A stretch of DNA of 34,744 bases from Candidatus Woesearchaeota archaeon (GTDB lineage Archaea; Nanobdellota; Nanobdellia; Woesearchaeales; WJIZ01), in contig JAAOYF010000012.1 in assembly GCA_018221205.1 (NCBI GenBank), forward strand, positions 1 to 34,744. Reading direction: 5' to 3'. The notes below the pieces were generated by a model, which was not told the origin of the DNA, did no database searches, and was given only the letters and a program-made list of their open reading frames with translations. Numbering within the stretch: the stretch's first letter is position 1; the number at the start of each line of letters is the position of its first letter. Position numbers and translations under genes: made by a program. Positions 27,962 through 34,744 of this stretch are shown here, piece by piece.

Positions 27962-28456
27962 ATGATAGCAGAGCGTAATGTTCATATTCCTCTGGATGAG
28001 TTCTTACAAAGACTGGAGGCTCTTGGTTTAGATCTTGGACAAACGGTAGAATGGGTGTGGAATGGAAGTGAACCTACTATAAATCTTTATCGAGAAGGTC
28101 GATTCATTGCTTCTAACGACCGACCATTGGCCCGAGATCTGGAAGGAACGGATTATGAGATCCAATGCATTATTCCTATAGGATATCATATTCTTCGTGA
28201 ATTAGGGCGAAAAGATTCTCCGACTGCTGTTATCGAGTTAAATCGATTAGGTGATTTAGGGACTCATTCACATGTCACCTGGCCTGCTGAAGCTCTCGCA
28301 ATTATGGGGGTTCTCCGAGTTGCAGGGGAAATCAAAAAAGAAGGGTATTCAGCGCAACCTCGATACGAAATAACTGATCTTTCTCCTTATGGTGTGGTAT
28401 TCTGTGAATTGGGAAAAAGAAATCCAGAAGCCTCAGCGGCAGCTCCTCGCCGTTAG
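27962..28456 (+). CDS. hypothetical protein
   Basis: 164-aa ORF with TTTAAAA box about 25 nt upstream; no motif recognised. Confidence 0.55.
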   Translation: MIAERNVHIPLDEFLQRLEALGLDLGQTVEWVWNGSEPTINLYREGRFIASNDRPLARDLEGTDYEIQCIIPIGYHILRELGRKDSPTAVIELNRLGDLGTHSHVTWPAEALAIMGVLRVAGEIKKEGYSAQPRYEITDLSPYGVVFCELGKRNPEASAAAPRR

Positions 28457-28513
28457 AGTTTTAACTACTCTAGAATAGAAAAACTTATATAAGAGGCTTC
28501 TATTAGCGTTTAT

Positions 28514-28945
28514 ATGGGGCATAAAGGAAACTACTTTGTCATTACGCTGCTTTTATTCATATCGCTATTCGGATTACTGAGCTATATCTTTGACTTTTCT
28601 GGCATTAGGTTCTATCTTGAATTCATTGTCCTTATCGGGCTCTTAGTGTTTGGTTTCTTTTCTGTTATCTTGATCTATAACAGATCCAACTTCGGCTACA
28701 TCCTTTCAGCATTTGTCTCTACTGTTGCGCTGCTGAACTTGGTGCTGCTCTATTTCAAGAGAGAGATGTCTACCTTGCTTTTTGCAGCTTTGATTGCGGC
28801 CATGACTGCTTTCATCGTAAGCATAGTCAATATCGGGGAGAGGAGAGGAATGCCTAAAGTGCCTGTTGTCCTTGAGACCTACCCTGGCAAGAAGACTGCA
28901 AGAAAAAAAACAACAAAAAAACGAAAGAAGAAGCGAAAGAAATAA
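28514..28945 (+). CDS. 4-TM membrane protein with highly basic C-terminal tail
   Basis: Four hydrophobic helices; KKTARKKTTKKRKKKRKK; TTATATAA box upstream. Confidence 0.7.
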   Translation: MGHKGNYFVITLLLFISLFGLLSYIFDFSGIRFYLEFIVLIGLLVFGFFSVILIYNRSNFGYILSAFVSTVALLNLVLLYFKREMSTLLFAALIAAMTAFIVSIVNIGERRGMPKVPVVLETYPGKKTARKKTTKKRKKKRKK

Positions 28946-29075
28946 AAAGCTGCTACTATCTCTGATTTTCTTAGGCAATAGGGGGAACCCTTTTCATTTT
29001 TCTCGTCTACAAGCGGTTTTTTCTCATTTCCACCACAAGATTTAAATAAACGGCATTACTCATAAAAATCTCAAG

Positions 29076-29993
29076 ATGAGCTTCAAAGGAAGAGACATTA
29101 TCTCGATCCGAGACCTTTCTAAGCGGGACTTATTGGCGATACTTGATGTCGCTGCAAAACTGGAAAAGAATCCGGAACCTGAACTGATGAAAGGAAAGGT
29201 TCTTGCGACCTTATTCTTTGAACCTTCCACAAGAACAAGGCTGAGCTTTGTGAGTGCCATGGAACGATTAGGCGGACAGGTACTGGGATTCGAGAATTCT
29301 GATGTCACGAGCGTCAAGAAAGGGGAGACTGTCTGGGATACCATCAAGATGGTGGAAAGATATGCTGATGTGATTGTGCAGAGGCATAAGATCGAAGGCT
29401 CTGCCAGACTTGCGGCAGAAGCAAGCTCTATTCCGGTGATCAATGCAGGGGATGGGGCTAACCAACATCCTACTCAGACTTTGCTTGATCTGTATACTAT
29501 CCAGAAAGAAAAAGGCAAGATAGACGGCCTGAACATAGGCTTTGTGGGAGACTTGAAGTATGGAAGAACAGTCCACAGCCTGTGCATGGCCCTCAGCCAT
29601 TTCAAGACAAAACAATATTTTATCGCTCCTCCTGCCTTGCAGATGCCTCAATATTATCTTGATGATCTCGATGAGAAGAAACTCCCTTATGTTGTTGAGC
29701 AGGACCTGCTGAAAGCAGCCCCTGAGCTCGATATCATCTACATGACCAGGATACAGAAGGAACGATTCCCTGATCCTGTTGAGTACAATAAACTAAAAGG
29801 AGTGTATCAGATCGACAAATCACTCTTAGAGCATTCCAAACCCGATGTAAGAATCCTTCATCCACTTCCTCGTGTGAATGAGATCAATATGGACCTTGAT
29901 GAAACTGAGAATGCTGCTTACTTCAGGCAGGCAGCCAACGGTGTTGTGGTGAGGCAGGCTATCATCGGCCTTGTCTCGGGGATGATACCATGA
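29076..29993 (+). CDS. pyrB: aspartate carbamoyltransferase catalytic subunit
   Basis: FFEPSTRTRLSF, HPTQTLLDL, GDLKYGRTVHS, HPLPR. Confidence 0.97.
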   Translation: MSFKGRDIISIRDLSKRDLLAILDVAAKLEKNPEPELMKGKVLATLFFEPSTRTRLSFVSAMERLGGQVLGFENSDVTSVKKGETVWDTIKMVERYADVIVQRHKIEGSARLAAEASSIPVINAGDGANQHPTQTLLDLYTIQKEKGKIDGLNIGFVGDLKYGRTVHSLCMALSHFKTKQYFIAPPALQMPQYYLDDLDEKKLPYVVEQDLLKAAPELDIIYMTRIQKERFPDPVEYNKLKGVYQIDKSLLEHSKPDVRILHPLPRVNEINMDLDETENAAYFRQAANGVVVRQAIIGLVSGMIP

Positions 29994-30445
29994 CAAAGAA
30001 AGAGATAAAGATCCCTGCCATCAAAGAAGGTACGGTCATAGACCATATCAGGAGCAGGGAGACCTTCAAGATCATGCGGCTGGCAAATCCTCAGGAGTTT
30101 GAGCATACCATCAACGTCGCTTTGAACCTTAAGAGCAAGAAGATGGGGAAGAAGGGAGTGATAAAGTTCAGCAATAGGGTACTGACACAGGATGAGGTAA
30201 ATAAGGTTGCTCTCTTAGCACCTGAAGCGACAGTCAGCATCATCGAAGACTATAAAGTGAAGAAAAAGATCAGGATCAAGATCCCTCAGATCATTGAGAA
30301 TATCGTCAAATGCTCAAATCCAAATTGCATCACTAATAAGGAAGATGTCAAAACAAGATTTGACCTTGCGAAAGAGGAGCCTTTGCAGATCAGGTGCGCA
30401 TACTGTGAGCGTATGATGGGAAGAGAGGATATCCACCTCAACTAA
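29990..30445 (+). CDS. pyrI: aspartate carbamoyltransferase regulatory subunit
   Basis: IKEGTVIDHI; zinc ligands CSNPNCIT and CAYCE. Confidence 0.95.
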   Translation: MTKKEIKIPAIKEGTVIDHIRSRETFKIMRLANPQEFEHTINVALNLKSKKMGKKGVIKFSNRVLTQDEVNKVALLAPEATVSIIEDYKVKKKIRIKIPQIIENIVKCSNPNCITNKEDVKTRFDLAKEEPLQIRCAYCERMMGREDIHLN

Positions 30446-30446
30446 C

Positions 30447-31349
30447 ATGTTATCAACAACCTTATGTGGCATGAAGCTGAGAAACCCTACTATTCTTGCT
30501 TCTGGCATTTTAGGAGTGACGAAAGAGAGTGCTGCAAAAGTCGGCAGGATGGGGGCGGGTGCGGTCACTCTGAAAAGCCTATGCCATGAAGAGCGGAAAG
30601 GGAATCCCAATCCGACCATGTTTGGAAGGAAAGGACAATTTCTTAATGCGGTCGGTCTGCCAGGACAAGGAATCGACAATGCAATCGATGATTTCAAAAA
30701 GCTGAATGATCTTGATGTTCCGGTCATCGGCAGCATCTTCGGCTATACTATCGAGCAGTTCGGGGAGGTTGCCAAGAAGATGGCCTCTCTCAAGCCTGCG
30801 ATGATCGAGGTTGATATCAGCTGTCCCCATATGGAGTATAGCAAGCCGTTCTATGCTGATGAAGATTCAATCGAGAAAATAACCAAGATGGTGAAGAAGA
30901 ATTCCGGAAAGATTCCTGTGAGCATCAAATTAAGCCCTAACGTCCATAACATCGCAGACCTGGCTAGAGCAGCTGAGAAAGCTGGCGCAGACTGCATCAC
31001 TGCAATCAACACTGCTTCTGCCATGAAGATCAACATCGAGACAGGGAAGCCGATTCTTGCGAATAGGATAGGCGGGTTATCCGGTCCTGCCCTACGGCCT
31101 ATCGCTGTACGGTGTGTGTATGAGATCTATGAGAAAGTCAAGATCCCTATCATCGGCACAGGTGGAGTGACGACTGGAGAAGATGCTATCGAGATGATCA
31201 TGGCTGGTGCGGCTGCTGTCGGAGTCGGAACAGCTTTCTATTATAATGGATTAGAGGCGATGAAAAAAATAACCTCTGAGATGGAAGCGTGGATGAAGAA
31301 ACACAAGGTGAAGACTCTTAGTGAGATCAGGGGGAAAGCCCATGAATAA
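30447..31349 (+). CDS. pyrD: dihydroorotate dehydrogenase family 1B catalytic subunit
   Basis: NP.ILASG, ISCPH, IKLSPN, AINT, GGLSGPALRPIA, PIIGTGG. Confidence 0.95.
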   Translation: MLSTTLCGMKLRNPTILASGILGVTKESAAKVGRMGAGAVTLKSLCHEERKGNPNPTMFGRKGQFLNAVGLPGQGIDNAIDDFKKLNDLDVPVIGSIFGYTIEQFGEVAKKMASLKPAMIEVDISCPHMEYSKPFYADEDSIEKITKMVKKNSGKIPVSIKLSPNVHNIADLARAAEKAGADCITAINTASAMKINIETGKPILANRIGGLSGPALRPIAVRCVYEIYEKVKIPIIGTGGVTTGEDAIEMIMAGAAAVGVGTAFYYNGLEAMKKITSEMEAWMKKHKVKTLSEIRGKAHE

Positions 31350-32139
31350 ATGTGGATTGCGTAATGATATTCCTCAGATTTATGAAGTGAGTAGAGTTGA
31401 GAAAGAAGGGAAAGATCTGTTTACTGTTTTCTTGAAAGGGCAATTCCTTTGCAAACCAGGACAATTTGTCATGGTGTGGCTGCCAAGAGTTGATGAAAAG
31501 CCGATGGCTGTCAGTTATCTGGGAAAGGATGAGTTTGGATTTACTTTCCATACACTTGGAACGTTCACTCAAGAATGCAGTAAGGTGAAGAAAGGAGATA
31601 AAATCGGCATACGCGGACCGTATGGAAACTGGTTCTCTCAGGAGAAGAATTCAGTTATAGTCGGTGGAGGGGTTGGATTGAGCTCTGTTTCTACGCTGAT
31701 TGATGGTATGAAAGCTACGGTCATCCATGGTGCCCGGGACAAGGACCATCTTCTCTATACCAAGCGGTTCAAAGACATGATCATCTGCACTGATGATGGA
31801 AGTGCTGGTACAAAGGGTTTTGTGACTCTCGCTCTTGAGGAAGTGTTGGAAAAAAAGAGAACTAAGAAGGTGTATTGCTGCGGTCCTGAGATCATGATGA
31901 AGAAAGTCCTTGAACTTTGCAACAAGTACCATGTTGATTGCGAGGCTTCTTTAGAACGATATATGAAATGCGGTTTCGGGGTTTGCGGTGCATGCATGAT
32001 CGATGATAAAGTAGTTTGTAAGGAAGGCCCTATCTTCTCGAGTAAAGAGTTGAATACTATGAAAGAATTTGGAGAGTATGCGCGGATAAAGACCGGAAGA
32101 AAGGTGACCTTACAAGAATACTCTGCGTGGCGAGGATGA
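31342..32139 (+). CDS. pyrK: dihydroorotate dehydrogenase electron-transfer subunit
   Basis: PGQFVM, RGPYG, GGGVG, CGPE, MKCGFGVCGAC...VCKEGP. Confidence 0.93.
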   Translation: MNKCGLRNDIPQIYEVSRVEKEGKDLFTVFLKGQFLCKPGQFVMVWLPRVDEKPMAVSYLGKDEFGFTFHTLGTFTQECSKVKKGDKIGIRGPYGNWFSQEKNSVIVGGGVGLSSVSTLIDGMKATVIHGARDKDHLLYTKRFKDMIICTDDGSAGTKGFVTLALEEVLEKKRTKKVYCCGPEIMMKKVLELCNKYHVDCEASLERYMKCGFGVCGACMIDDKVVCKEGPIFSSKELNTMKEFGEYARIKTGRKVTLQEYSAWRG

Positions 32140-33302
32140 GTCTGGTAATAAAGAATGGGACACTCTCTGGGGAGAAGAAAGATATTCTGATTGTAGATGG
32201 AAAGATCAAAGAAATTGGTTCTCAGCTTGTTAGTGATAATGAAATTGATGCTTCTGGATTATTGATACTGCCTGGTGCAGTAGACTGTCATGTGCACCTT
32301 CGCGAGCCAGGACATGACTACAAAGAAGATTTTCTCTCTGGCAGCAAAGCAGCTGCGAAGGGTGGAGTCACCAGCTTTTTAGTGATGCCCAATACTGATC
32401 CTCCTATCGATACGGTTGAACATCTTTCTCAGGAAAGAAAGCTTGCTGCTAAAAGTGTGGTGAATTATGGCTTGTATATGGTGGGGATGGATAATGTTCC
32501 GGAAATACAGAAGGCAAAGAATATTGCTGGAGTGAAGATCTATTTAGATGTCACGACTGGAAATCTCAACGTTGAGGAGAATCTTGATGCATTGTTCTCG
32601 AGCTTTAAACGGATAGCAGTGCATGCTGAAGGAAAACATGTTGACGAGTCTATCTTAAGGATAAAGAAGACGAAGAATAGATTATACCTTTGTCATATCT
32701 CTACCCGGGATGAGATCGACTTCATCCGGGAGAATAAAAATAAACAGATCTTTTGTGAAGTAAGTCCTCACCATTTATTTTTGACTTCTGAGGATGAAGA
32801 AACATTGAAAGGCTATGGTATGATGAAGCCTTCTTTGAAGACTAAAGAAGATCAAGATAGCCTTTGGAAAGGGATTGCTGATAGAACTGTTGACACGATA
32901 GGAACAGATCATGCTCCTCACGCAAAAAAAGAGAAAGAAAGTAACAGTCCTCCTTGGGGTGTACCTGGATTGGAGACCATGATGCCCCTATTATTGGATG
33001 CAGTGAATAAAGGAAGATTGCCATTGCAGCGGCTTGTTGAATTAGTTGCTGAAAATCCTTGCAAGATCTTTGATATTCCAAACAAAGGGAAGATTAAGGA
33101 AGGATATGATGCTGATATCATGCTTGTTGATATGGGTCTAGAGAAAAAAGTGAAGAATTCAGATATGATGACGAAATGTGGCTGGAGTCCTTTTGATGGA
33201 AAACTATTAAAGGGTTGGCCGGTTATGACGATTGTCAATGGACATCTTGTGTATGATGGCACCATCCATGATATGAAAGGAAAGGAGATTGAGTTCAGAT
33301 GA
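32136..33302 (+). CDS. pyrC: dihydroorotase
   Basis: DCHVHLREPG, MPNT, VHAE, HIST, TDHAPH. Confidence 0.93.
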   Translation: MSLVIKNGTLSGEKKDILIVDGKIKEIGSQLVSDNEIDASGLLILPGAVDCHVHLREPGHDYKEDFLSGSKAAAKGGVTSFLVMPNTDPPIDTVEHLSQERKLAAKSVVNYGLYMVGMDNVPEIQKAKNIAGVKIYLDVTTGNLNVEENLDALFSSFKRIAVHAEGKHVDESILRIKKTKNRLYLCHISTRDEIDFIRENKNKQIFCEVSPHHLFLTSEDEETLKGYGMMKPSLKTKEDQDSLWKGIADRTVDTIGTDHAPHAKKEKESNSPPWGVPGLETMMPLLLDAVNKGRLPLQRLVELVAENPCKIFDIPNKGKIKEGYDADIMLVDMGLEKKVKNSDMMTKCGWSPFDGKLLKGWPVMTIVNGHLVYDGTIHDMKGKEIEFR

Positions 33303-33928
33303 AAGAGATTGCAGAACTGTTATTGAAACTATCAGCTGTTGAGCTGGATACAGAGAATGGATTTACCTATGCAAGCGGTATCAAAAGCCCTATTTATTGC
33401 GATAATCGAGTTATTATTTCTTATCCTCAAGAAAGGAGTATGGTCGTGGATGCATTCCTCAAGCTCATCAATGAAAAGAAATTATCTTTTGATATCATCG
33501 CAGGAGTGGCTACTTCTGGCATTCCCTGGGCAGCTATTATCGCAGAACGGCTGCAGAAACCATTGGTGTATGTAAGAGCGTCTGCGAAAGATCATGGGAA
33601 GGAAAATAAGATCGAGGGTGAGATCGAAGAAGGAAAAAGTGTTCTGGTCATCGAAGACCTTATCAGCACTGGCGGAAGTTCTCTGGGGGCGTGCAAGGCT
33701 CTTCAAGATTCACCCTGCAGTGTAATTGCTTGCCTGGCAATCTTCAACTATGGCCTTGACATCTCTGCAAAGAGTTTCTCTGAAGCAAAGATTCCTTTAT
33801 ATTCTTTAAGCGATTTTTCTGAATTGCTGCGAGTGGCAGTAGAAACAAAATATATAGAAGAAAAAGAAAAAAAATCATTGCTGAATTGGCATAAGCACCC
33901 AAAACAGTGGAAGCCTAAGCCGACATGA
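33299..33928 (+). CDS. pyrE: orotate phosphoribosyltransferase
   Basis: ASGIKSPIYCDNR, KDHG, VIEDLISTGGS. Confidence 0.95.
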   Translation: MKEIAELLLKLSAVELDTENGFTYASGIKSPIYCDNRVIISYPQERSMVVDAFLKLINEKKLSFDIIAGVATSGIPWAAIIAERLQKPLVYVRASAKDHGKENKIEGEIEEGKSVLVIEDLISTGGSSLGACKALQDSPCSVIACLAIFNYGLDISAKSFSEAKIPLYSLSDFSELLRVAVETKYIEEKEKKSLLNWHKHPKQWKPKPT

Positions 33929-34601
33929 ATGCTTCTCCGATAAGAGAGTACATGAATACTCCTGTTATGAAGAATGCAATCGCCTGTCCTACCCAAGGGA
34001 TAAAGGACAATATGCCACTGACAACCATACTCACAATAATGGCAATGATCCAAGCAGTGAAATAATTTGTGGTAAAGGCCTTCTTGAATACTGATCCAAA
34101 GTTAAAGGCATCACCCATCTTATTGGATTGGATGTAGTGGAGCACCGCAGATGGTGAAATATAGCTGATGATCACTCCTAACAGAATTGCCACGAGGATC
34201 AACGGAGCAGCTCCCACCAAGGCTGGTGCGACTGCTGCCCAGTCTTGATTGATCAATGCAGTCATCAACTCTGCGTCTGTTCCTGCATCTGCACCTGGAA
34301 ATCCTCCAAGAGAGCCGACAAGAGAAAAGATTGCTGTTCCTAAGCCGATCATAAAAATGATCAACACGGGGATCATATAGACAAGGCCGATGATCATTGC
34401 TAGCAGACCTTTGACAAACAGATCTCCCCAATCTGTCCATTCTGGCATCTGATTTGTCACTTTCTTCTCTTTTACGCCGGATGCCTTCAGAATGAATCCG
34501 AGTGCAAAAAAGTTAATTATTGGCACAATACTGAGCACAATACCGATGATTAATTTTTTCATATCGGTAAAGGGCTTCATAAATGCTGATTTAAAATTCA
34601 T
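33915..34601 (-). CDS. DUF4013-like membrane protein
   Basis: AF..PF, IIG.VLSIVPIINFFALG, MPEW.DW..LF..G; GGGGTGGT SD. Confidence 0.85.
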   Translation of the reverse strand: MNFKSAFMKPFTDMKKLIIGIVLSIVPIINFFALGFILKASGVKEKKVTNQMPEWTDWGDLFVKGLLAMIIGLVYMIPVLIIFMIGLGTAIFSLVGSLGGFPGADAGTDAELMTALINQDWAAVAPALVGAAPLILVAILLGVIISYISPSAVLHYIQSNKMGDAFNFGSVFKKAFTTNYFTAWIIAIIVSMVVSGILSFIPWVGQAIAFFITGVFMYSLIGEAFMSA

Positions 34602-34744
34602 GTTACCACCCCATTGGTTTTAGTTACCTTTAGTCTTAGGGTTTAAAAATTATTCTATTTTGGACAGTGGTTACTTATCATCAATAAGTTACTGGCTTAA
34701 GATTGAGTAAAATCTCAATTAATGTCAAGAATCGATTCCTTTTC

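Overview
Archaeal chromosomal window, most consistent with a DPANN (Woesearchaeota-like) genome. This is inferred from archaeal rpoK, exosome, proteasome, Rpp14 and eS1 genes, TATA/BRE promoters, GGTGA-type Shine-Dalgarno sites and DPANN-style hypothetical proteins. Housekeeping content: a pfk-fba-gap glycolysis operon, an rnp2-psmA-rrp4-rrp41-rrp42-rpoK cluster, purF, purM, a PhoU/AbrB regulator, gyrB, rps3ae and a pyrBI-D-K-C-E operon. The standout feature is at 17564-17909: a tRNA-Ser(UGA) gene interrupted by three insertions (D-loop, variable arm/T-stem junction, T-loop). The middle insertion contains a second, complete 84-nt tRNA-Ser(UGA) gene held in the loop of an inverted repeat, i.e. 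a tRNA nested inside a tRNA. All three insertions, a 48-nt insertion in tRNA-Gln(CUG) and two free intergenic elements share a twin-hairpin architecture with C-NNN-G triloops. This points to a miniature palindromic element family that invades tRNA genes as intron-like inserts and can carry cargo. Secondary observations: a protein with about six Xis/MerR-like HTH repeats next to the nested tRNA, two unannotated paralogous micropeptides divergent from phoU, and a possible RNase P RNA 3' end at the window start. All calls are by eye; no database searches or folding programs were run.
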